DNA of 64,000 nucleotides from NCBI GenBank assembly GCA_964016885.1, contig OZ024741.1:33232001-33296000 (forward strand). Reading direction: 5' to 3'. The DNA is from Eledone cirrhosa (lineage: Eukaryota). The translations under genes were made by a program, and so were the position numbers. The notes under the pieces are model-generated. The model saw nothing but the letters and a program-made list of their open reading frames with translations, searched no databases and was not told where the DNA came from. This document shows positions 1 to 12,833 of the stretch, in pieces (the stretch's first letter is position 1; each line of letters starts with the position of its first letter).

Positions 1-352
1 AACAATATTAACTATAACATTCACTAGAAAAAATATAACAGTTTCTCATTCATCAGCACAACATAATACAAGTATATTTTGAACGTGAATGTACGTATCA
101 AGACGTATTCTACTTGGTAAAGTTTTGTTTTGCAAGGCCGAGAAAAGAGCAACTTACTTAACTATACATCGTCAACAACTAAGGAGAAATCCTCATACTT
201 TCAAAAGAATAATTAGAGGGTGCTGTCTCTTATGTGTCTGATCCACTATGTCCGAAAAATTAATAAGATGTCTATGATAATAGACCTGGTTGATGAGTAA
301 TGGCCGACGGCGAAGCAACAAAACTTGTCCATTTCATATACATAGCCATTAT

Positions 353-712
353 TACAGTATCGGTAGAGGGTCGAACGCCATGCTTCGCAGCATAGAGTTA
401 CGTCCCCTTGCAGTCTGGGTTCGAATCCTGCCGAGGTTCATTTTGCCTTTCATCCTTACGGGGTCGATAAAATAAAGTACCAGTAATGTACTGGATAATT
501 GCTGGCTTTGTGCCAAAAGTAGAAACAATTATTACAGTATAGCCATTATGGCAGTATCGGTAGAGAGTTGGACGCCAGTATGGAGTTACAGCCCTTTACG
601 GTCTGTGTTCAAATCCCGGCGAGGTTAACTTTGCCTTTCATCCTTACGGGGTCGATAAAATAAGTACCAGTAATACACTGGAATAATTGCTGGCCTTGCG
701 CCAAAAGTAGAA
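353..712 (+). mobile_element. Two tandem tRNA-derived SINE copies (family A, ~180 bp each)
   Basis: A-box-like TGGCAGTATCGGTAGAG, B-box GGTTCGAATCC/GTTCAAATCC, shared body GAGGTTAACTTTGCCTTTCATCCTTACGGGGTCGATAAAATAAAGTACCAG, 3' end GTAGAAACAATTA; many copies across the window. Confidence 0.9.
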
Positions 713-868
713 AAAATGATTACATAATTCGAAATATTCTTTCTTGTATTAAAAGACAGTAATATACGGGATTTAAAGATTGTTATTTCTAGGAGGCTGG
801 GTGACAGCATGAATGCCCACTAGTTAACTCATGAGGATGTATAGTCGACATTAATTACTATTGTGATG

Positions 869-1259
869 TGGATTGGCAGTATTGGTAGAAGGTCTGACGC
901 CATGCTTTGACGCATAGAGTTACGACCCTTGCCATTCTGAGTTCAAATCCCGCCGAGGTTAACTTTGCCTTTCATCCTTACGGGGTCGATAAAATAAAGT
1001 ACCAGTAATGCACTGGGTAATTGCTTGTCTTGTGCCAAAAGTAGAAACAATTAATTACTATTGTGATGGGTAGTGGATTGCCAGTATCGGTAGAGGGTCG
1101 GACACCATTGTTTGCAGCAAAGAGTTACGGCTCTTTATGGTCTAAGCTCAAATCCCGCCGAGGTTAACTTTGCCTTTCAACCTTACAGGGTCGATAACAT
1201 AAAGTACCAGTAATACACTGGACTAATTTCTGGCCTTGTGCCAAAAGTAGAAACAATTA
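869..1259 (+). mobile_element. Two tandem family A SINEs with a 19-bp flanking repeat present three times
   Basis: Same consensus; ATTAATTACTATTGTGATG at 850-868, 1050-1068 and 1256-1274. Confidence 0.9.
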
Positions 1260-2057
1260 ATTACTATTGTGATGCTAGTATTTTGGTATCCTCGTCGTTT
1301 TTTTGATATTATCTGAGTTGTTGTTACCGATGTCTGCTATATATTGTCATTGTCGACATAGAAAAGGGTTTGCCAGCGTAGAACAAGTAAGACCTATAAG
1401 TATATCCATATATATGTATGCAAACACACACACACATATATATATAAATATGTGTGTGTGTGTACATATATATATATATATGTGTGTGTACACATATATA
1501 TATATATGTATGTGTACACATATATATATACGTGTGTGTGTTGTTGCTGGTGTTGTTGTTTTGGTTGTCTCTGTTGCTGTCGTTGGCTTTCTCTTGCTAA
1601 TCTGTCTGTAGATACATATATATATTTCCCTTGCCGTCCTCCGAGGAAACGCCTTCTCCATTCTGTCCGCCGGGGCTGTGGGTGGGCCCCATCGCGTACC
1701 AATACATTAGTTAAATACAATTCTTTCATCTGATATATCTCTAAATTATATTGTGTACAATATATAAACACAAAGTATTCATATATAGGAAGATGAGAAT
1801 AAGCTAAGTGATGTTGCTGTTGTTATTAGTTAGTTAGTTGTATACTTCTGTCAACTCAACTTCCTGGAAATTATAATCCTGCAATATACATAAATGAGTC
1901 GGCTAGTTATAAGTAATTGGTGGTGATAGTTGTGACTGCTACATATTTGGGCTGTCAAGGTGGCAGCTGAATCATCTTTTGTGAGTGAAGATGCAGGGTC
2001 ATTGGCTTCCACCATTTGCTATTGCTACTGATTTTGTTTGTATTACAGGGCAATGAA

Positions 2058-2232
2058 TTAGCAGTATTGGTAGAGGGTCGGACGCCATGCTTTCCAGCAT
2101 AGTTACGTCTTTACGGTCTGAGTTCAAATCCCGTCGAGGTTAACTTTGCCTCTCATTCTTACAGGGTCAATAAAATAAAGTACCAGTAATGTACTAGATA
2201 ATTGCTGGCCTTGTGCCAAAATTAGAAACAAT
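2058..2232 (+). mobile_element. Family A SINE
   Basis: Matches family A consensus over its full length. Confidence 0.88.
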
Positions 2233-2403
2233 ATATGAACAATAGCATCGTTGCTTACAGATTTCCATTCGGTAAATAATTTACTTCAAGAACGACAAGG
2301 CGTGCTGCTTCGTGGTTTCAGTGAAGAGAATGGAGAAAGGATGCCCTGAGAGGTAGCAAGGAATGAGCGTGGAAATAACCATTCCAACTCGCGGATTTAA
2401 ACG

Positions 2404-2600
2404 GCTGTATTCAGACCTGGAGATGAGATGGGCTCCGCCAGATTTTAAAATGCTCTAGAAACGCCATATATCAATATGGCACCCCTACGACTCCCTCAAT
2501 AATTACGGCTCCTTACATACATACTAATGGCGACATATAGCGTTTCTAGAGCATTTTAAAACCTGGTGGAGCCTATCTAGTCTCCAGGTCTGAAAACAGC
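2404..2600. mobile_element. MITE / foldback element
   Basis: ~65-bp imperfect terminal inverted repeats GCTGTATTCAGACCTGGAGA...TCTCCAGGTCTGAAAACAGC; no coding capacity. Confidence 0.7.
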
Positions 2601-2665
2601 ATATTTCTCTACAGAGAAGGATACAGAATGACGGAATAGACTTGCGAAAGAGATACAGAGGAAGA

Positions 2666-2822
2666 ATCAACCCCAGTATTAGACTGGTACTTTTTTATCG
2701 AACTTATATGGATGAAAGGCAAAGTTGACGTCGGCGGGATTTAACCACAGAGAGCAAAAAGTTAAAACAAATACCGTAAAACATTCTATCCGACATTCAA
2801 ACGATTCTGCTAATCCACCGCC
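2666..2822 (-). mobile_element. Diverged SINE related to family A
   Basis: CTGGTACTTTTTTATCG...GGATGAAAGGCAAAGTTGAC..CGGCGGGATTT is the reverse complement of the SINE body. Confidence 0.7.
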
Positions 2823-3243
2823 TGTCCGTTAATTGTATATGATTAATTAAAATAACTCATTATAATCTCGTTAGAATTGAAACATGAACTATTCTATTGT
2901 AAAGAAACTCTCTTTCATACTTTCATTTATTTTCTAGTTATATTTTTGTTTTGTTTCACATTTATATATTTATTTCGTCATATATTTATTTACATTGAGA
3001 ATGTATTGGGGTTTTGTAAGTCATTCCACGTTGAATATATAACAGCGTGTTTGTGTTACTGCCGACGGATATTTTCGGTATTACAAATATTTTCTTATTC
3101 TCAAACAAACAACGTCATTATATTATTTACAAAGATATATAGGCTGTCTGTTTATATGTAGAATACATTATAAAGGTATACATCACCTGTAAATATTATA
3201 TAATATTCTGTAACAATATATATAGATATAGATATATGTGTGT

Positions 3244-3346
3244 TATTTATAAAACAAATCTGTATTTTATCTGATGAAAGCGCACCATAATTTGCCTTGG
3301 TTGCCCTTGAAATATGTATAATAAAATAAATATGGTTTTATAAATA
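3244..3346 (+). ncRNA. Type I hammerhead ribozyme motif
   Basis: TATTTTAT-CTGATGA-stem II-GAA-ATATGTAT-A-ATAAAATA; 8-bp stem I extended by a perfect 12-bp helix TATTTATAAAAC/GTTTTATAAATA; predicted cleavage AUA after 3320. Confidence 0.7.
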
Positions 3347-3459
3347 TAGTTTCCATTTATTAATATATTGTGTATTTACTCCGCTAATCTATTGAGTCCT
3401 TTATATCAGTTATAAAAATGTTTAAGCTTGTTGAATCCCAACAAATTAAACATAACCTC

Positions 3460-3511
<52 letters not shown>

Positions 3512-3624
3512 CCCATAGTATCTGTGATCTCTAAATTCGGAGAATTGAAAGATCACAGGTATTATGGGCATGTGATTAGAATATCTAAGGAAAGAATCGA
3601 TGTGCATGTATATATATACACTCG

Positions 3625-4805
<1,181 letters not shown>

Positions 4806-5212
4806 ATACATATATATATATATAACCGCAACTGCGGGACAGCAACTGCAGAAAACCTCTCTGCAAGATATAATTTAGTTACAAGTTTACAGGTGTAAAA
4901 AAAAATGAAAAAGAAATAAAAAGCATTCTAAAGTTCCATCACCCCCCACAGCCTCACCCCACGACCCCACCCACAACAACACCCCACAAGCCCACATATA
5001 CATACAACAGTCGCCAGTCATATGGGTGTAACTATTTGGAACTATTCCTGAGAAAACCCACCGGCAGTAATCTACTGTCTGGAGTAAGATAAGATAGACT
5101 CCAACTCTGTGAAAATATAATCACTGACGACCAATGTTACAACTACTATGACGTAGATAGCCTTAATTAAATGTTTTCTCGGATAACATATCCAGAAAAA
5201 ATATGCTAAAGA

Positions 5213-5216
<4 letters not shown>

Positions 5217-5282
<66 letters not shown>

Positions 5283-5343
5283 ATATGTACATATATATAT
5301 GTGTGTGTATGTATATATTGTATATATATATATATATATATAT

Positions 5344-5405
<62 letters not shown>

Positions 5406-5455
5406 TATGTAGATATATATACATATATATATGTAGATATATATGTGTGTGTGTG

Positions 5456-5506
<51 letters not shown>

Positions 5507-5515
5507 ATACATATG

Positions 5516-5603
<88 letters not shown>

Positions 5604-5645
5604 CATATCTATATATATATATGTATATATATGTATATGTAAATG

Positions 5646-5679
<34 letters not shown>

Positions 5680-5697
5680 TATATGTACATATATATA
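5217..5697. repeat. Compound (TA)n/(TG)n microsatellite
   Basis: Visible in sequence. Confidence 0.95.
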
Positions 5698-5774
5698 TTG
5701 TTATACTTTGGGGGGAGTCATGTTGCCAATAAGAAACACACGCACCAGTTGCTTTCACTTCAATTTATTATAAA

Positions 5775-6761
5775 CTAGCAGTAAAGCCCGGCGTTGCTCG
5801 GGGTCGCTCAGTAGCTGTGTTAAAGTTACAATGTTAAGTTTCTTTCTTGGCTTAAAAACTGTAGTGTCTACTGTGCAGACTTGCATGTGGTGTTTTTGAT
5901 TAATATTCCCTCAACCAACAATATGCCTTATGAAGTTAAGAAAACATAACGATAACCCGAATGTTATAACAAAAGAGGATGCTGGGGATAGAAACTGCAC
6001 TGGTTATTTATTAACAAAGATCGAAAATGTAAACACTGCAACGCAGAGAAAAACATTAGCGTAACCAAATTATCAGTTATGTCTGTCTGCACGCCTATAT
6101 CACCTCTCTGCACGACTGTCTGTCTGCACGCCTATATCACCTCTCTGCACGACTGTCTGTCTGCACGCCTATATCACCTCTCTGCACGACTGTCTGTCTG
6201 CACGCCTATAGCACCTCTCTGCACGACTGTCTGTCTGCACGCGTATATCACCTCTCTGCACGACTGTCTGTCTGCACGACTGTCTGTCTGCACGCCTAAC
6301 GACGAAATATTTGCTTGTTTTACGTAGTCTTTAAATAGACTTGTTTTCAAGTAAAAATATTGTTTTAAAATGCTTTTAAATGGAAATGAAGCAAAACGGA
6401 AGCCTAGTGTTCGAACTGATGAATTTTGCAGGTAAATATTTTGCTGGCTCGACAACTGTTCGTGTATTGTGTTAATGTCATTTTAAACGCTGAGAAAGCC
6501 AGCGTAATTTTTTACGTAAGACGCTCAATGTAAACAGAACAAAGGGAAATAACTGATAACTTACGCTCAAAAATCGATACATTATATTCGATTTCGTCAC
6601 ATAGGGTGGGTCAATTTGAAATATTTTTTTTCCGATGTCTTCGCTAAGGCTCAATGTACAAGTATAGCAATTTCGGTGCAATTCCGTCAGAGATTCTAAG
6701 AGGAGATGTGTGCCAAAAATCGATAGACAGACAGACAACCACAGTTTTATATATATATAGA
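5775..6761 (-). mobile_element. Non-autonomous Helitron
   Basis: Minus strand starts A|TC (TCTATATAT...GTCTGTCTG), ends CTAG|T, with subterminal GC hairpin CCCGAGCAACGCCGGG shortly before CTAG; no TSD. Confidence 0.8.
6080..6297. repeat. 37-bp minisatellite inside the Helitron
   Basis: GTCTGTCTGCACGCCTATATCACCTCTCTGCACGACT, about 5-6 copies. Confidence 0.92.
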
Positions 6762-6838
6762 TTAAATTTATAAATTTAGGAATTTATAAATTTCCGGTTG
6801 GTTGGTTGGTTCCACAACCAGACGATTGTTCATATATT

Positions 6839-6881
6839 GTCAAAGTTCTTTCGTCACACATTCTGTGACCTCTTCAGTGAC
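6839..6881 (-). ncRNA. Minimal type I hammerhead ribozyme motif
   Basis: Minus strand GTCA-CTGAAGA-G-GTCACA GAATG TGTGAC-GAA-AGAACT-T-TGAC. Confidence 0.6.
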
Positions 6882-7129
6882 TGGGCTGAGGATTCTTTTC
6901 TTTGTTTTTGTGCCTCTCCTTTGTTCTGTCCTACGCCATCTTAGATATTGTGATATATGTGGGAAAAAGTGTCAGGATAAATATTTTATCTTTGGCTTGA
7001 AATATTCTCCTATTGCGGACGACCAAAACCATTTTCATCATAATGGTACGGTACAGTATGGTCTCGTATTTCCTAATGGAATCGTAGGTGCGCCGAAGTG
7101 GCATCCATACAGCACCCATACGGCATTCA

Positions 7130-7565
7130 TCATTTGAAATAATTGATGCTTTCATGCCCTCATGAAAAGATGTGATTGTCAGGTATGCCAAGATTTCTTG
7201 AGGATTTTACAGAAAGTTTTGCGATTGACAGGGTCAAAGGCTTTGGTCAAGTTGAAAAAGCCATAAAGAGCTCAAGGTTCTTTTCACGAAGCTTTTCTGC
7301 AACTTGGCGGAGGGAGATCATATCAATAGTACCTCGACCTGTGTGGAAACTACATTGGTTTTCATTTTCATGGTAGATATCATCAACAAGTCCAGTTGTA
7401 ATTCTGTTAAGAATGACATAGGGAAGTAACTTACCAGCAATACAGAGGAGGGAAATGCCGCGAGATGTGTCACAGATTGATGATGTGCTTTTGTTCTTGA
7501 AGAAATGGGTTATGGATGTATCTCGGAAGTCTTGAGGGATATGTTCGACCTTCCAGCTTTCCAAG
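7130..7565 (-). mobile_element. RTE-clade LINE reverse transcriptase fragment, decayed
   Basis: IPQDFRD...RGISLLCIAGK...QCSFHTGRGTIDMI...EKLREKN...TKAFD...HEGMKA. Confidence 0.85.
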
Positions 7566-7569
7566 TATA

Positions 7570-8700
7570 TTAGTTAACATTAATCATCCTTCGAAGCAAC
7601 GTTTACTTGATTCGGTTTTCTGGAACTACGAGGCGGCTAGCATCAGGGGTTCTGCACACCAGAGAGATCACATCGTCCAGGTTCATATCATTGGGTAGTG
7701 GGGATTGAGTACTATTTATGCATTTAGTATTTAGATAAATCATTTTTATGATATATTGTTTCATATAAATAAAATAACATATAAATATAATATTGTAGTA
7801 AGAAAAATCATTGCTATTATGAGGAGGTAGCAGACGAATGTTCGATGTCACAACTAACTTCTCCATTTGAACTTTGAAACATTGTGATAAAATTATGTCC
7901 TGTGACAGTAAAAAGTACACTTCTGAATGCTTGATTTAATGATCTGGTTGATTGTTTTATACTATTAAACTTACCAGATAACCATAAACACATCTCCTTG
8001 CTTCTTTACTGTACAGGCATGTTCCATCATGTGCCATTGGAAATTCAATTCTCCCTGAATTTCCACACATTCTGAGATATAGACGTAGAATTATTTCTAT
8101 ACATTCACTTACATATGTGTTTGTACTTCATCTTGAAGTTGTTCTCCGTATGATTTCTTAAAATACCATTGACAAGTGTTATACTCGTGCAATATACCAC
8201 CGCCTTAGAGAGGCAACGAGTAAACAGTTTTTGATAGTTCTGTATTTGCAAATTAGATGTTTATGTGTGTATGTCTTAAACTATGATGCCGTAGCTTGGA
8301 ACTGATGATATCCAAGTAATTATAGCTAATACTAATGTTGTTCCTGTTAAAGTGTTCGTAGCTGAAAAATGTTTACTTAACAGTAGCAGGAAATTCCTAG
8401 CTATGCTGGGGATTATATCAAATTCATATTGTTGTATCGGTTGTACCAAATAATCCTGGTTCTGTTATATAATATTTTCTCACTGAAACTAATTATTGAG
8501 AGCTTCATTATAACATGAGATGTTATCGAAAGATTTCTATCAATGCTATCTATAAGGTTCTTTATGGTGGTTGGAGGGTGGTTGGAATGTTTTTATATTT
8601 ATTCTAAGTCTTAGTTTGGTTTTTCTCTAAGAGGGGAGTTTTGTTAGAGTGAAATCTAATTTAATGTATAAAAAAATTAAGAAAACTTAGAATTGCACTA
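7570..8700 (-). mobile_element. Highly decayed second Penelope-like element (GIY-YIG region)
   Basis: Broken translation IARNFLLLLSKHF...FNRNNISISY, CLSKAVVY, TENNFKMKY, VWK resembles PLE thumb/GIY-YIG motifs; many stops and frameshifts. Confidence 0.55.
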
Positions 8701-8781
8701 AGCGTGATTTTCAAACTGCATTGCTTAGATATGTCAATTATTTTCTAGATTTATCCATGTACCGGGGAGCTGAAAAGTTTC

Positions 8782-10055
8782 TGTGTATGTGTCCATATAT
8801 ATGTATATATGTGTTTGTGTGTGTATGTGCCCATATATATGTATCTATGTGTTTGTGTGTGTATGTGTCAATATATATGTATCTATGTGTTTGCGTGTGT
8901 ATGTGTCCATATATATGTATCTATGTGTTTGTGTGTGTATGTGTCCATATATATATGTATCTATGTGTTTGTGTGTGTATGTGTCCATATATATGTATCT
9001 ATGCATTTGTGTGTGTATGTGTCCATATATATGTATCTATGTGTTTGTGTGTGTATGTGCCCATATATATGTATCTATGTGTTTGTGTGTGTATGTGTCC
9101 ATATATATGTATCTATGTGTTTGTGTGTCTATGTGTGCATATATATGTATCTATGTGTTTGTGTGTGTATGTGCCCATATATATGTATTATGTGTTTGTG
9201 TGTGTATGTGTCCATATATATGTATCTATGTGTTTGTGTGTGTATGTGTCCATATATATGTATCTATGTGTTTGTGTGTGTATGTGCCCATATATATGTA
9301 TCTATGTGTTTGTGTGTGTATGTGCTCATATATATGTATCTATGTGTTTGTGTGTCTATGTGTCCATATATATGTATCTATGTGTTTGTGTGTGTATGTG
9401 CCCATATATATGTATTATGTGTGTGTGTGTGTATGTGTCCATATATATGTATTATGTGTTTGTGTGTGTATGTGTCCATATATATGTATTATGTGTTTGT
9501 GTGTGTATGTGCCCATATATATGTATTATGTGTTTGTATGTGTATGTGTCCATATATATGTATCTATGTGTTTGTGTGTGTATGTGTCCATATATATGCA
9601 TCTATGTGTTTGTGTGTCTATGTGTCCATATATATGTATTATGTGTTTGTGTGTGTATGTGTCCATATATATGTATCTATGTGTTTGTGTGTGTATGTGT
9701 CCATATATATGTATTATGTGTTTGTGTGTGTATGTGCCCATATATATGTATCTATGTGTTTGTGTGTGTATGTGTCCATATATATGTATTATGTGTTTGT
9801 GTGTGTATGTGTCCATATATATGTATTATGTGTTTGTGTGTGTATGTGCCCATATATATGTATTATGTGTTTGTGTGTGTATGTGTCCATATATATGTAT
9901 TATGTGTTTGTGTGTGTATGTGTCCATATATATGTATTATGTGTTTGTGTGTGTATGTGCCCATATATATGTATTATGTGTTTGTGTGTGTATGTGCCCA
10001 TATATATGTATTATGTGTTTGTGTGTGTATGTGCCCATATATATATGTATCTATG
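8782..10055. repeat. 37-38-bp minisatellite
   Basis: ATGTGTCCATATATATGTAT(C)TATGTGTTTGTGTGTGT, about 33 copies. Confidence 0.93.
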
Positions 10056-10166
10056 AGTTTATTTCCATCAATCACTATCTTGCACACAAATACACACACA
10101 CAAACTCTCTCTTTCTCTCCCACTCTCTCACTCTCTTTGTCTGTCTGTCTCTGTCTCTCTCACTCG

Positions 10167-10203
<37 letters not shown>

Positions 10204-10282
10204 TCACACTTCACTTTCTATCTCTCTCTCTCTTTCCCCTTTCATTAAACTCAATTTTTATTGATTATTTCTCTATTTAGTT

Positions 10283-10560
10283 TGGTGGTGGTGGTGTCGG
10301 TGGTGGCGGTGGTGGCGGTGGTGGCGGTGGTGGTAGCGGTGGTGGTGGCGGTGGTGGTGGTGGTGGTGGTGGTGGTGGTGGTGGTGACGGTGGTGGTGAC
10401 GGTGGTGGTGATATTATTGGTGGTGGTTGCGGTGTTTTTGTTGTTGTTAGTAGTGATGCTGGTGTGATGGTGGTTATGGTGTTGTTGTTGGTTTGATGTT
10501 GATGATGACGGTGAAGACAATGATGATAGTGTTAGTGGTGGTGGTAGTGCTGGTAGTGTT
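10283..10560. repeat. (GGT)n-rich trinucleotide tract
   Basis: Visible in sequence. Confidence 0.9.
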
Positions 10561-10794
10561 GATGTTATTATTGTAACTATTCTGCCTATTGTTATGTTGA
10601 TGTTGTTGGTAACGCCGCAAGAGTTGTGTGCCTCAGGTGCTGAAGATTATCATCCACAAGATAAATTGAAATATTCATGTTGAGCTGAATGGTAACTAAA
10701 CTTAGTTGTGAGAAAACAACAAACCCATCGCCTTCACAGTATGCTTGATGGTTTTGGAACACACAATGTTCTCTCCATTCTGTATTCTCTCTCT

Positions 10795-11130
10795 CCGAGA
10801 ATAAGTAAGAGACGTAGTCACTGCTTTAAAACTCATAGCGAATGGTCTTCTAAATGTTTTTAATTAAACATACAGTATATTGCCAAATATACTATATATA
10901 CATTCATGTATACATCGCTATTTCAGAGCACCAATCCTAATACCTAATTTTTACTGGACCGGCAACCGCTCTGTGTAATCAGCTCTGGAATTCTATAAGA
11001 ATCCAGCCTCTATGATTCTCGATGAAGGCAACTGAGTGTGTGGTCTTGATAAACGCTCACAAGCTAGAAACAGACTGTTTGTCGGCCGCTCTCTGTTGTT
11101 TTTGCCGAGAATAAGTAAGTGACATAGTCA
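10795..11130 (+). mobile_element. Retrozyme-like element, 310-nt monomer plus 26-nt terminal redundancy (copy 1)
   Basis: Direct repeat CCGAGAATAAGTAAG.GAC.TAGTCA at 10795-10820 and 11105-11130; contains an HHR; homologous to, but permuted relative to, 62936-63250. Confidence 0.75.
11015..11112 (+). ncRNA. Type I hammerhead ribozyme, U3-A8 variant (stem II partly decayed)
   Basis: GGTC-TTGATAA-ACGCTCACAAGCTA-GAA-ACAGA CTG TTTGT-C-GGCC with extended stem I; predicted cleavage GUC after 11083. Confidence 0.65.
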
Positions 11131-11270
11131 GATGATTGAACGTCTGAAAGTATATGCTTTCCTTATGCATATTAACGGCTGAGCAGCCTAATTTGCATAT
11201 CGAGTGAGTTAATCGGCCGTTAATATGCATAAGGAAAGTATATACTTTCAGACGTTGAATCATCTGGCAG
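11130..11270 (+). promoter_or_regulatory. Candidate compact snRNA/H1-type promoter (octamer + TATA-like), present as an inverted duplication
   Basis: ATTTGCAT at 11191-11198 (on the inverted arm); TATA-like AG(C/T)ATATACTTTCA, then 14 nt, then TGGCAGG; same motifs and spacing at 17343-17422. Confidence 0.4.
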
Positions 11271-11332
11271 GAAGGTATACGATGCTGACGATAGCTAATA
11301 AGCTTGAAACTAGTACATCGTTCCTTTGCCAG
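11264..11332 (+). ncRNA. Type I hammerhead ribozyme with palindromic stem III
   Basis: CTGGCA-GGAA-..-CGATG-CTGACGA-T AGCT AATA AGCT T-GAA-ACTAGT-A-CATCG-TTCC-TT-TGCCAG; predicted cleavage GUA after 11315. Confidence 0.75.
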
Positions 11333-11339
11333 TGTTAAA

Positions 11340-11552
11340 CAAAAGGGCAACGATGGTTGCTAAACACTGTACGGCTTAATTCGGGATTTTTGTTTACAAA
11401 AACACCGAGCATTATAATAAATGTTCGGTAAATCCATACGTACATATATATATGTGTGCATGTATGTATATATATATACATACTACTGTACGTCTGTATA
11501 CATATATGTATGTACGTATACATACTTATATATATGTATGTACGTATACATA

Positions 11553-11608
<56 letters not shown>

Positions 11609-11758
11609 TATGTATAAGTACATACATATATACATACATGCACACATATATTATGTACTAATGGATTTACTGAACATTTATTATAATGCTCGGTGTTTTT
11701 GTAAACAAACATCCCGAATTAAGCCGTACAGTGTTTAGCAACCATCGTTGCCCTTTTG
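11340..11758. repeat. Long inverted repeat (family X, tail-to-tail) around (TA)n
   Basis: ~105-bp arms AAAAGGGCAACGATGGTTGCTAAAC... / ...GTTTAGCAACCATCGTTGCCCTTTT. Confidence 0.85.
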
Positions 11759-11809
11759 AGTCAGGACCTCGACGGCTGAGCTCCGGCCGTTTCGACAGCT
11801 AGACCGAAC

Positions 11810-12730
<921 letters not shown>

Positions 12731-12778
12731 AATAAAGTTAAATAAAAGTCAAATGATTAAAATTTAGCTTCGTTTATT

Positions 12779-12833
12779 ACTGCTATATATATTTCAGTGA
12801 CAGCCATCTTTGGCTGTGACCTCTTCAGGCAGT
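12779..12833 (-). ncRNA. Type I hammerhead ribozyme motif
   Basis: Minus strand ACTGC-CTGAAGA-GGTCACAGCCA AAGA TGGCTGTCACT-GAA-ATATATAT-A-GCAGT. Confidence 0.72.

Noticed and set aside
353-430. tRNA gene-like A/B boxes (also 24873, 26269, 26824)
   Set aside because: SINE heads fused to repeated bodies; no complete cloverleaf.
5072-5778. YI/CV/TH-repeat ORFs here and throughout the window
   Set aside because: Dinucleotide microsatellite translations.
8721-10280. 400-500-aa Cys/Val/Tyr-rich ORFs
   Set aside because: Read-through of a 37-38-bp minisatellite.
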